A DNA stretch of 64,000 nt from an uncultured Acidobacteriota bacterium (lineage in GTDB: Bacteria; Acidobacteriota; Blastocatellia; RBC074): contig CAWCKY010000006.1 of assembly GCA_963796275.1 (NCBI GenBank), positions 2,112,001 to 2,176,000 on the forward strand, read 5' to 3'. Below, one piece after another: positions 42,662-52,340 of this stretch. The position numbers and the translations under genes were made by a program. The notes below the pieces were generated by a model that was not told the DNA's origin, made no database searches, and was given only the letters and a program-made list of their open reading frames with translations. Position 1 is the first letter of the stretch; each line of letters opens with the position of its first letter.

Positions 42662-42884
42662 TTTCGGTAGAAAAAATTTGTCGAAAAGTGTTCCCGTCGC
42701 AATGTTTATTACCGAGCAGTTGTGGAAAACGGCCGAGTGAAGATCAGTTGAGAGATTCGGATAGGCGAGCCGCGTGTCTAACGTGCCCTAAAACCGTTGT
42801 CGTTAAAAACGTATTTTCTTTGTCGCGTAGCGACGGCGTGAATTTAGACGTGATGTATTTGAGTAAATAATGAACCGACTATGT

Positions 42885-42923
42885 GTCTGCCCCGGGTTCG
42901 CGCTGCTTCGCGCCGGGGCAGAC
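42885..42923. repeat. GC-rich hairpin, REP-like or terminator
   Basis: GTCTGCCCCGG (42885-42895) / CCGGGGCAGAC (42913-42923). Confidence 0.5.
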
Positions 42924-43057
42924 CTGTGTGTCAGATGGCTATATGTTGGGCTCAAATCATTATGATTTAAGCGGGCCCCACCCGATGAAGATACGGATTG
43001 GTAAGGCAGGGCTGATAAATATCATTGAATATCGCGCCTCGATTTCGCGTCTTCTTT

Positions 43058-44563
43058 TCAGGTTTGACGGCCGAGTTCGTAAAGAAACTCGACGTACGAA
43101 CGCGTCGCGCCGTCAAGCCCCTGCACTTTGGGATTGGCCGATTCGATAACGTAGAATTCATCCGGCGCGTGCGCTCCGCCGCCGTGGCCCAAACCGAAAT
43201 GTCCCGCGGGCAGCCGCAGCGGATCGCCGGTGAAGACATACCCGGGCCATGAGCCAGCTAGCCGCGGCATGATGATCGGATCGATTCCCGCCCGCCGATA
43301 TACGGCCGCCTGCGCTCGCACCAGTCCAGAGTCCGCGGCCGTGCTGGTGGGGTCATATCCGCCCGTCATATTCACTTCAATGTCGCCGAAGCCGTGTTTT
43401 GCCAGATGCGCTTTGAGCGCTGAGAGCGCTTCAGCCGCGGTCATATCCGGCACTAACCGCAGATCCAGCTTCGCCACCGCTTTATGAGGCAGAATGGTCT
43501 TGCCTCCCGGACCGGTATAGCCGCCGACCAGACCTTCAATATTGACTGTCGGCTTGGAGACCAACATTTCGAGCGATTCGCGCCAGCTCACATCGCGGAT
43601 CCAGCGATCCACGCCGAGCTGCTTCTTCGTCGCCGCTTCGTCGATCCGGCCCGCAGCCACGGCGATCATTTTCTTCTCCGCATCCGAAAGCGGGCGCGCC
43701 TTGTCGGCGAAGCGTTCAATCGCGGGAGTATTTCCGTCGGCCGAGACGAGCGTGTTGAGCGCCTTCACGAGATGCCATGCCGGACTATCCAATCGGGCCT
43801 TGTTGCTTGAGTGAGTATCACGCTTCGGGCCACGCCCCCAGCGCTCGCCGGTTGCCACCAGCTCGAGCTCTATAATCCCTTTTGCGCCCAGATTGATGGT
43901 GACTTCGCCTTTCGGATCCTGTGATGGAAAAGGCATGAACACGCCGCTACAGCGCTTAAACGCTGAGAGAACTTCAGGCCGCTTGATCACCTGCAGAAAA
44001 TGCGGCGATCCGATCTCTTCCTCTCCTTCCGCCACAAACACCAGATTGACCGGCAGCTTCTTGCCCGCGCCGCGGATGGCATTGAGCGCAGCCAGGAAGG
44101 TGGCTTCCGGCCCTTTCTGATTGACGGCCCCCCGTCCGATCATCACTTTGCCGAGGCCCGGTTTATCAACCAGCGCCGCTTCAAAAGGTGGAGATGACCA
44201 CTCGGCGGGATCGACCTGCTTCACGTCATACATAAAGTAAATGCCCAGCGTGGCCGGAGCGCCTGCGTCCAACGTGGCAAATATCCCCGGTTGTCCATCG
44301 GTCGGTATTTTAGCCACCTGAGAGAACCCTGCTTCGCGCAGCATTTCCATAGTCATATCACAACCCTCTGTCATGCCGCGGTTCTCGGCTGCGATCGAAG
44401 GCTGCCGGATCCATTGTTGGAGGCGCCGCACGGTCTCATCATGCCGTTTTTCAATCTGCGACCATATCGGCTGCATTTCGGAATCATCTGCTTGCTTATG
44501 CTGCGGCATCGTGACGGATACTGCGCCAAGGGCAGCGGTTTTAACAAAGTCTCTTCGATTCAT
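43058..44563 (-). CDS. M20/M25/M40 family metallo-hydrolase with Tat signal
   Basis: MNRRDFVK; YFMYDV.Q, GRGAVNQKGP, EGEEEIGS, HAPDEF. Confidence 0.92.
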   Translation of the reverse strand: MNRRDFVKTAALGAVSVTMPQHKQADDSEMQPIWSQIEKRHDETVRRLQQWIRQPSIAAENRGMTEGCDMTMEMLREAGFSQVAKIPTDGQPGIFATLDAGAPATLGIYFMYDVKQVDPAEWSSPPFEAALVDKPGLGKVMIGRGAVNQKGPEATFLAALNAIRGAGKKLPVNLVFVAEGEEEIGSPHFLQVIKRPEVLSAFKRCSGVFMPFPSQDPKGEVTINLGAKGIIELELVATGERWGRGPKRDTHSSNKARLDSPAWHLVKALNTLVSADGNTPAIERFADKARPLSDAEKKMIAVAAGRIDEAATKKQLGVDRWIRDVSWRESLEMLVSKPTVNIEGLVGGYTGPGGKTILPHKAVAKLDLRLVPDMTAAEALSALKAHLAKHGFGDIEVNMTGGYDPTSTAADSGLVRAQAAVYRRAGIDPIIMPRLAGSWPGYVFTGDPLRLPAGHFGLGHGGGAHAPDEFYVIESANPKVQGLDGATRSYVEFLYELGRQT

Positions 44564-44880
44564 AGGATTTTAGCTTCCTCATCAGAAATGGTCTTCAGTT
44601 TATAGTTATTGTCTCCGGTACCAGCAAACTGGATATGGGAACGGTAACCATTCCAGCAACGGCTCCTGATAGCTTCAATTTGCGATGCTCTGAAGCGGGC
44701 GCATCGCTCACCTGGCGGTCGGACCAGCATGCTCGGCATTAAACTTGAAAATGGCAATTGCTTCCGTCAAATTTTTTGCCGCATCGAGTATTATCCCGGT
44801 GTTTTGCTGAATGTCCTGGATATATGACATTCTTAATACGATATACACATATATACAACATATATAAGATATTTAATGAT

Positions 44881-45666
44881 ATGAAACCTCAATATCTCCA
44901 CAACGCAGCCGCCGTGCTATGGCAGAACTGGGTCCAATCTACGCGCATTGACGAACTGCCGGCGCCTTGCCGGCCCGACGATCGCGCCGCGGGATATGCA
45001 ATTCAGGCAGAACTTGCCAGGCTGTCCGGGCAAGCCGTAGTCGGTTGGAAGATCGCTGCGACCAGTCTGGCCGGGCAATCGCACATTGGCGTGGATGGAC
45101 CTCTTGCGGGACGATTGCTGTCCCAACGAGTCCTGGCGGGCGGCGCCCATATTTCTCTCGCCGGCAATCTGATGCGCGTCGCCGAAGCAGAATTCGCATT
45201 CCGCTTCGGCAAGTCTCTGCCCAAAAGGGAAGCACCTTATCTGATTGAAGAGGTCCTCAAGGCAGTCGAATCGCTGCATCCGTCGATCGAGGTCCCCGAC
45301 TCGCGCTATCACGATTTTTCCAGAGTTGGCGCGCCTCAGTTGATCGCCGATAATGCCTGCGCCTGCTGGTTCATTTTAGGAGCAGCTGCCAGCGCGGATT
45401 GGCGTGAACAGAATCTCCAGAAGCATAAAGTTATGGCCTACCGCAACGGTATGCCGGCCGCCGAGGGCATCGGCGCCAACGTACTCGGTGATCCACGCAT
45501 AGCATTGACCTGGATTGCTAATGAGTTGCGCGAGTTCGGCGACGGATTGCTCGCGGGGGAGGTGGTTACGACAGGTACATGTATTACTCCAATACATGTT
45601 ATGCCAAATGACCGGCTGCGTGTTGATTTTGGCGCATTTGGTATAGTAGAAGCGGTATTCGAATAA
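44881..45666 (+). CDS. 2-keto-4-pentenoate hydratase-like protein (FAH superfamily)
   Basis: GYAIQ, GWKIAATS, EAEFAF, IEVPDSR, IADNA, GANVLGDP..AL.W, VVTTGT. Confidence 0.88.
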   Translation: MKPQYLHNAAAVLWQNWVQSTRIDELPAPCRPDDRAAGYAIQAELARLSGQAVVGWKIAATSLAGQSHIGVDGPLAGRLLSQRVLAGGAHISLAGNLMRVAEAEFAFRFGKSLPKREAPYLIEEVLKAVESLHPSIEVPDSRYHDFSRVGAPQLIADNACACWFILGAAASADWREQNLQKHKVMAYRNGMPAAEGIGANVLGDPRIALTWIANELREFGDGLLAGEVVTTGTCITPIHVMPNDRLRVDFGAFGIVEAVFE

Positions 45667-46088
45667 ATTGGCGACATCAAAATGAAGTAGCAAGTGAATG
45701 GCAATGATTATTTATTGCCTGATGAGTGTAGGTATTGTAATATTATCATTGTAGTAATTTTTACAGTGCGCTCTTACTGATTTTGACCCTCAAACAGAAC
45801 AAACCCCCGAAAACATAGCTCCGGTAATCTGTTACTTATACTTAGCGCGTCCCGCAATCCTACTCTGACCTTGCAGAGGAGGGAGGTCGAAGAGCGGCGA
45901 TATCAGTTGGGAAATCCAGCTACGAAGCGACCGCTGTATAGATAGGTAGTAAGTATGCTTTCTATAGAACAAAAATGATCTCGGATTGTGGCCCTAACGG
46001 ATAAATTCACGCGCGGTTCTTATAAACCCAATTTCACTGCTCCGGGCAATAATGCCTGGGGTTTTCACCTTAACTGGAGGACAAATAC

Positions 46089-47510
46089 GTGAAACATATC
46101 AAATCCATAGTCTTCGGCTTATGCCTGTTGACGATTTTCTCCATCCCCGCATTAGCCCAACAAAAAACACTATATGAGCGCCTGGGCGGCAAAGACGCGA
46201 TCTCAGCGGTGGTTGATGACTTCGCCGGGAACGTGCTCGGTGATCCTCGCATCAACAAGAAATTCGCCAGGACCGATCCGGCGCGTCTGCTCGCCAACCT
46301 CAAAGATTTCGTCTGCTTCGCGACTGGTGGCCCGTGCCAGTATACCGGTCTCGATATGAAGACATCTCACAAGAATATGGCGACAACGGCGGGCGAGTTT
46401 AATGCTCTGGTCGAAGACCTGGTCAAGACTCTGGATAAGTTCAAAGTTCCGGATAAAGAGAAGAATGAGCTGCTCGGCGCGTTGGCTGCGTTGAAGGGTG
46501 ACATCGTAGAGAACCCGTCGAATGCGACCGGAACGGAACTGCCCGCCAACTTTAGTCCCGCTCCGCCACTGGGAGCAAAAGCTGCTGCTCCTGTCGCGTC
46601 CACCCAGTCAAAAACACTATTCGATCGCCTGGGCGGCAAAGACGCGATCTCCGCGGTGGTTGATGACTTCGCCAGTAACGTGCTAGCTGATCCTCGCATC
46701 AACAAGAAATTCGCCAGGACCGATCCGAACCGCCTGCTCATCAACCTCAAAGATTTCGTCTGCTTCGCGACTGGTGGCCCGTGCAAATATACCGGTCTCG
46801 ACATGAAGACATCTCATAAGAATATGGGGACAACGGCAGGCGAGTTCAGCGCTCTGGTCGAAGACCTGATCAAGACTCTGACTAAGTTCAAAGTTCCGGA
46901 AAAAGAGAAGGGTGAGCTGCTCGGCGCGTTGGCTGCGTTGAGGGGCGACATCGTCGAGAACGAATCGATCTTTACCGGCACGGAACTGCCCGCCAGCTTT
47001 AACCCCGCTCCGCCACTGGGAGGAGCTCCAACCGCTTCCGCCGCGTCAAAAAACGGAACGCTCTATGATCGTCTCGGTGGGATGCCGGCAATCTCAGCGG
47101 TAGTTGATGACTTCGCCAAGAACGTGCTCGGCGACGCTCGCATCAACAAAAAATTCGCCAGAAGCGACGCGACGCGACTGGTCTCCAATCTCAAAGATTT
47201 CGTGTGCAGCGCTACGGGCGGCCCCTGCCAGTACAATGGTCTGAGCATGAAAAAATCGCATGACAAGATGCGTGTTACGGGCGGCGAGTTCAACGCTCTG
47301 GTCGAAGACCTGGTCAAGTCTCTCGACAAATTCCGGGTCGGGGAAAGAGAGAAGAATGAACTGCTCAGCGCGTTGGCCGGGTTGAAGGGCGACATCGTCA
47401 AGGAGAAGTACGACACGTCCGAGACCGGCACGGAACTGCCCAAGGGCTTCAAACCTGCTCCGCCAATCGGAGTCACAAAAGGTTCGAAGGCGATGAAGAA
47501 GAAGAACTAA
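46089..47510 (+). CDS. Secreted protein with three tandem group I (trHbN-like) truncated haemoglobin domains
   Basis: GTG start with GGAGG RBS; Sec signal ending ALA; three copies of TL[YF][ED][13 protein letters not shown]...TGGPC.Y.G..MK.SH starting at 46167, 46614 and 47058. Confidence 0.92.
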   Translation: MKHIKSIVFGLCLLTIFSIPALAQQKTLYERLGGKDAISAVVDDFAGNVLGDPRINKKFARTDPARLLANLKDFVCFATGGPCQYTGLDMKTSHKNMATTAGEFNALVEDLVKTLDKFKVPDKEKNELLGALAALKGDIVENPSNATGTELPANFSPAPPLGAKAAAPVASTQSKTLFDRLGGKDAISAVVDDFASNVLADPRINKKFARTDPNRLLINLKDFVCFATGGPCKYTGLDMKTSHKNMGTTAGEFSALVEDLIKTLTKFKVPEKEKGELLGALAALRGDIVENESIFTGTELPASFNPAPPLGGAPTASAASKNGTLYDRLGGMPAISAVVDDFAKNVLGDARINKKFARSDATRLVSNLKDFVCSATGGPCQYNGLSMKKSHDKMRVTGGEFNALVEDLVKSLDKFRVGEREKNELLSALAGLKGDIVKEKYDTSETGTELPKGFKPAPPIGVTKGSKAMKKKN

Positions 47511-47604
47511 GTATAGCCGGAGCTGCCTTACCGCAGATAATCCGGGTCGCGACAACGCATTTGCTGTGTCGTGTGCGGCAGACTCGGATTCCGGCGCAAC
47601 TCGC

Positions 47605-47670
47605 TAACCGGGTTAATGCCGAATTAACCGGCCGTATTCATACAGCCGGTTAAGGCGGCATAATCCGGTT
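47605..47670. terminator. Long imperfect inverted repeat between convergent genes (terminator or REP)
   Basis: AACCGGGTTAATGCCGAATTAACCGGC ... GCCGGTTAAGGCGGCATAATCCGGTT. Confidence 0.45.
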
Positions 47671-47799
47671 CGAGCCGTTTTTGCGCTAATGCCAGAAACG
47701 GTTTGCGCCTTTGCCGCCCTTGTTCGGATGTAACGAGGCCCGGCGGGGAGTAGTGTTTCCTTTCCCAGGTTCTGGGTGATCGTCGCCTATGCCGCGCAT

Positions 47800-49338
47800 T
47801 CATCTGGAATTATTTTTTGTACAGGTGAAATTCTCCGCCTTGCTGCTATCGCCGCTGCCCTTATATTTCGCCACTTCGGGATACGCGCAATGCGGCCGGG
47901 TGAACGCTGTTGAGCCTTTCTCGATACGCGAACCTGCCAGCGCGCCAGGAGCGATGCCTCTCTCCACCCAATCCACCAGGGGCGCAAACCAATCGACGCG
48001 ATCGCAGCCCACGCCGCCCGCGCAATGGAACATGCCGGGAACCATGTAGAGCTTATAGAATTCCTTCGTCTGTTTTTCACCCATCCTCTTAAGCACAGAC
48101 TCGTAATAGTCCACCGACATTTGCGGATTGACGAGAGCATCGGCCCAGCCATGATAGTGAATGATTTTTCCGCCACGTTTTCTGACTTTGGTCATATCGG
48201 GATCGATCGCGTCTATCATCGCGGAAATGCGGGCGAGCCTGGCCGGATCGGTGTCGAAGTTGAATGATTTGTAACTCCAATCCGGGCCGAGCGGTGGCCT
48301 GGCCATGAACCGCATGAAGGTTTCGCCGAATATCAATCCCACGCCCGGCTCCGCTCCGATGCTTCCGATCCACGCGCTGCGGCCGCCGGGCGGTGCGATC
48401 TCTGCGCCCACGGGCTGCCCCGGATAGAGGGGCTTGCCGGCGGAAGTTCTGACGCCGCCGTAGACCTTCTTCAGACCGTCGATTTGACCATTCGTGAAGC
48501 AGTCCTTTCCCTCTTTGTCATCGGTGCATTTCGGCAGATCGGCCGCCGGATCGAAACGGCAGCGGCGCGGGTCTGCGATCAGGCCGTCTTTCAGGCCATC
48601 CACTTCGTCGCATTTGTTATAAACCGCCGCAGCTAGCAGGGGCAGCTTCTCGACCGCGATCCGCCCCGGTTCACTCGTCACCGCCTGCGCGTTCCAGATG
48701 CCCCGCATCTGCTCGCCGGAAATCTTCAGTACCGGGGCGCCGATGATATATCCGTCGAAGTCTTCGGGATAGCGTTGGGCTTCCATCAATCCTTGCCGTC
48801 CGCCAGTCGAGCAGCCCACCCAGTAGGAATACTTCGGTTCGCTGCCGTAATATGCCTTGATGATCTGCCTGGCCAGCGCGGCAGTGTTGTGGACGGCGAG
48901 ATAGGCATAATCGAGCAACTTCCTTTCGGCGTGCTGATTGTTGGGGCCCGGATTGGCAAATGTCGCCAGCGGCTCTTTCGCCGCGTCGTGGCCGGTGTCG
49001 GTCGAGGCCGTGGCGTAGCCTTTCTGCAGCCCTGTATTCATCGGACCGTGGCTGATCTGTCCGGCGTAACCGCCGCCTCCCACCATATAAAAGCGGTTAT
49101 TCCAGTTGGCGGGAAGCTTGACGGCAAATTTCGCTTCTGGCCAGATCGTGCCGCGCACGTCGCAGTGCTCAGGCGCGTTCGCGTTCGCGGCGACCAGCCT
49201 GGCCGATTCGATCTTCACTTCTGAACCGAATGATTTGGCGGCGAGCGCGGAACAGCCCGCCCCATCGGCGCGGCTTGAGGCAGCGCGTGAAGCTAACAGC
49301 ATCAGAATGATGAAAATAACGCGAGTGTTCATGTTCAC
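47800..49338 (-). CDS. Tannase/feruloyl esterase family alpha/beta hydrolase, secreted
   Basis: Signal peptide; STDTGH, GCSTGGRQG, QRYPEDFDG, HGWAD, PGMFHCAGG (CS-D-HC motif). Confidence 0.93.
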   Translation of the reverse strand: MNMNTRVIFIILMLLASRAASSRADGAGCSALAAKSFGSEVKIESARLVAANANAPEHCDVRGTIWPEAKFAVKLPANWNNRFYMVGGGGYAGQISHGPMNTGLQKGYATASTDTGHDAAKEPLATFANPGPNNQHAERKLLDYAYLAVHNTAALARQIIKAYYGSEPKYSYWVGCSTGGRQGLMEAQRYPEDFDGYIIGAPVLKISGEQMRGIWNAQAVTSEPGRIAVEKLPLLAAAVYNKCDEVDGLKDGLIADPRRCRFDPAADLPKCTDDKEGKDCFTNGQIDGLKKVYGGVRTSAGKPLYPGQPVGAEIAPPGGRSAWIGSIGAEPGVGLIFGETFMRFMARPPLGPDWSYKSFNFDTDPARLARISAMIDAIDPDMTKVRKRGGKIIHYHGWADALVNPQMSVDYYESVLKRMGEKQTKEFYKLYMVPGMFHCAGGVGCDRVDWFAPLVDWVERGIAPGALAGSRIEKGSTAFTRPHCAYPEVAKYKGSGDSSKAENFTCTKNNSR

Positions 49339-50161
49339 CTCTATAGCAGGCTCAGCGGCATCGAGTGAAGCGCCGGATGAGCGGGATGTGCCGTGCGCGT
49401 TGATGCTGTCACCTTAAGCCGGTCCCGACGTCGCCAGCTGGACCAGCGACAGCTGCCAACTGTAGGTCCGCGTCGCGGGCACGTGGGATTAATCTTTAGG
49501 TCTTTTGGTTCAACATCGCGCACGAGCGATTGCCTGATTGTTCCGGATCATACATGCCCATCGAGTTTCTTACAAAGGATGAGGCAATGGCGATATCTTC
49601 CGTGGACGTGTGATGCCGTTTATATGCTGCTCCTCCGGAGCTGGGCGCTATTACGAAAAAAATCTATAGACTTATCGCGCCTCTGGCGTTCCCGAATAAA
49701 CGAATCTCCAGCAGCATCAGCAAGTCCCTGCTCCCGCCGAAAGTATGGTTAGTGAGAGTGGCGATGATGTACCATATGGCGCCCGCGTCAGACGATCATA
49801 ATCTACCTGATAAATGAGCGGACGGATGACATGAGACTTGTCTTTGGTATGCATTTAGTGCATAAACGTGTGGTACCCAACTCCTCGAATCAAGCTTATC
49901 ATTCCACCTTCCTTGGGGGTGGCTATTGCATTACTAAAAAGATATAGATCATGGTGTGCGTGTAATCTGGTCTTGGATCGGGCGCGAGGCGATATCGATT
50001 TTCCAACCGAATGTGCCGATTTCGTGTGGGACGGGTGGTGTGGTGAGCCGGAAGCATGACCCGTATGCGAGCGAGACGGGCGAGATGACGCTGGCTTTGA
50101 TCATCGAACGAACTGAATCGAAAGATTCGGCGGTTGAATCAATGATCCCACAGGAGCAAGT

Positions 50162-51229
50162 ATGAAAAGACAGACCATCTTACTGTTGCTCGCGGCGCTT
50201 ATCATGTGTGCCGCGGCCTTCGCCGTTTTCTCGTATGTGAAGAACGGGCGGAGAACGGTCACGATGAGTGACGAGCTGTATGAGATAGCGGCCACCGATT
50301 ATTACCCCACGTTCTCGCGCGCGCACCCTGTGCTCAAACGCGTGCGTCCGGGCGATACGGTCGTCACCAAAACGATTGACGCCGGCGGCCAGGACGAGAG
50401 CGGTGTCCGCCGCGCCTTTGTCAGCAACCCGCTCACCGGGCCTTTTTACATTGAGGGCGCCGAGCCGAACGATGCCCTCATCGTCCGCTTCACTAAGGTG
50501 AAGATGAATCGCTCGTGGGGCTGGACCACCTACCGACTCGGCTTGTTTTCATTGACGCCCGAATCTATCGAAAGTCCCTATACCTATCCGAACCGTTACA
50601 AAGAAGATCTGGTACATCTCGGGCGATCCAATCTGGTGCGATGGGAAATCGATCTTGAAAACCAGACCGTGCGGTTGAAGGAACCCGCGAGCCAGGTCAT
50701 CAAGCTGGAGTTTCCTGCCAGACCGATGGTGGGTTGCGTGGGCGTTGCTCCGGACGGCGACTTCGCTCCGACTTCCGGTCCCTCGGGGAACTACGGCGGC
50801 AATCTCGATTACAACGAGATAGTCGAGGGCTCTGTCGTGATGTTACCGGTTTATCATCCCGGTGCGCTGCTTTTCATCGGTGACGGGCATGCGCTCCAGG
50901 CCGACGGAGAACCGACGGGCACGGGGATCGAAACCTCGATGGACGTCGAGTTCACGGTGGACGTTCGCAAGAAGGCCAGACTGACAGGCCCGCGCGTCGA
51001 AACCGGCGAATATATCATCAGCATCGGCAGCCAGCCGGAATTCGTCAGCACGCTCGATCGCGCCTTGAAAATAGCGACGAGCGATATGGTGAGCTGGTTG
51101 GTGACGGACTATAAACTGGAGCCCTGGGCGGCCCACTTGCTCATCGGCTACCAGGGCGAATACGACGTGGTGACAGCCGCCGGGTCGATGGCGCTGAAGA
51201 TTCACAAGAAGTACCTGCCACCTCGGTAA
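50162..51229 (+). CDS. Acetamidase/formamidase family protein with N-terminal hydrophobic leader
   Basis: NPLTGPFYIEGAEP.D, PMVGCVGVAP, GGNLD, GDGHA.Q.DGE..GTGIE. Confidence 0.9.
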   Translation: MKRQTILLLLAALIMCAAAFAVFSYVKNGRRTVTMSDELYEIAATDYYPTFSRAHPVLKRVRPGDTVVTKTIDAGGQDESGVRRAFVSNPLTGPFYIEGAEPNDALIVRFTKVKMNRSWGWTTYRLGLFSLTPESIESPYTYPNRYKEDLVHLGRSNLVRWEIDLENQTVRLKEPASQVIKLEFPARPMVGCVGVAPDGDFAPTSGPSGNYGGNLDYNEIVEGSVVMLPVYHPGALLFIGDGHALQADGEPTGTGIETSMDVEFTVDVRKKARLTGPRVETGEYIISIGSQPEFVSTLDRALKIATSDMVSWLVTDYKLEPWAAHLLIGYQGEYDVVTAAGSMALKIHKKYLPPR

Positions 51230-51310
51230 TCGGTAGTCGGTAGTCGGTTCGCAGGGTAAGGATGCATCTGGGCTAAAACCGACAACCGACAACCGGCAAC
51301 CGACAACCGA
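51230..51310. repeat. Inverted pair of 7-mer tandem repeats
   Basis: About 3 copies of TCGGTAG at 51230-51249 facing about 5 copies of AACCGAC at 51277-51310. Confidence 0.7.
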
Positions 51311-51324
51311 TTAAGGAGACATCA

Positions 51325-52242
51325 ATGATGAAAACGAGGACTTTGCGAGCGGCTGTCGGCGTCGCGACCTGTCTGGCGATCTGGCTGTTGGTGTTTACTC
51401 AAGCGATGGCGCAGTATCAGGCCTCGCCCTCGGCTACGGCGCAGGCGATTACCGAGAATCCGGTGAAGAAAGCTTTGAAAGAGGGGAAGGTCGTGATCGG
51501 CGCAACCGTGACGGCGGCCAATCCGGATGTCGCGGCAACGCTGGCCGGCGTGGGGTTCGATTTCTTATGGATCGAAATGGAGCACAGCCCGTTGACGCTC
51601 GAAACCGTGCGATCCATGATTTTGACCACCCGCGGCCTGAAAGCTATGCCTTTCACGCGGGTGCCGGTAAATGAACCGTGGATGGCTAAACGAGCGCTCG
51701 ACATAGGCAGCCTCGGTGTGATCTTCCCGTTCACCAGCTCGCGCGAATTGGCCGAACAGGCGGTGAAATCCTGCAAGTATCCGCCGCAAGGCATACGCGG
51801 CTACGGCCCGACGATGGCTGCGTCGCGTTGGGGAATGAGCGGGAGCGATTATGCGAAGTTCGCCAATGAGAATGTTCTGGTGGTGGTCATCATCGAACAG
51901 AAGCAGGCTATTGATAATATCGATGAGATAGCTTCCGTGCCGGGCATCGACGTGCTGTTCATCGGCGCCAACGACCTGTCGTACTCGCTGGGCGTGGGCG
52001 GCAAGACGAATGACCCGATGGTCGAAGCGGCAGTGAGCAAAGTCCTCGCTGCGGGTAAAAAGCATAACGTGCCGGTGGGCTACCCGGCGGGCAACCCCAC
52101 CGAGATCAACAAACGCATCGCGCAAGGCTTCCGCTTTTTTCAGGCCCCCAGCGATTTGAATCTAATGGCGGCCGGCGCCCGCGATCTGCTCTCCCGCATA
52201 CAGCGGGAAGAGGGCGGGGCATCGAAATCAGATTCCAAGTAA
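51325..52242 (+). CDS. HpcH/HpaI aldolase family protein with signal peptide
   Basis: GFDFLWIEMEH, KRALD.G..GVIFP, KYPP.G.RG, IDVLFIG.NDLS.SLG; AMA cleavage-like site. Confidence 0.88.
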   Translation: MMKTRTLRAAVGVATCLAIWLLVFTQAMAQYQASPSATAQAITENPVKKALKEGKVVIGATVTAANPDVAATLAGVGFDFLWIEMEHSPLTLETVRSMILTTRGLKAMPFTRVPVNEPWMAKRALDIGSLGVIFPFTSSRELAEQAVKSCKYPPQGIRGYGPTMAASRWGMSGSDYAKFANENVLVVVIIEQKQAIDNIDEIASVPGIDVLFIGANDLSYSLGVGGKTNDPMVEAAVSKVLAAGKKHNVPVGYPAGNPTEINKRIAQGFRFFQAPSDLNLMAAGARDLLSRIQREEGGASKSDSK

Positions 52243-52340
52243 TAATAACGATCTGCCCCACCGCAACCCGCCTCAATGCTTTATTCGGGGTTGCAGAATT
52301 CGCGAAAACTTTATAAAAAATTTCCGGAGCCCAGCTCAAT

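Noticed and set aside
49393-50165. Small ORFs between the esterase and acetamidase genes
   Set aside because: No RBS or family motifs; the region contains a REP-like half element and is probably a divergent promoter.
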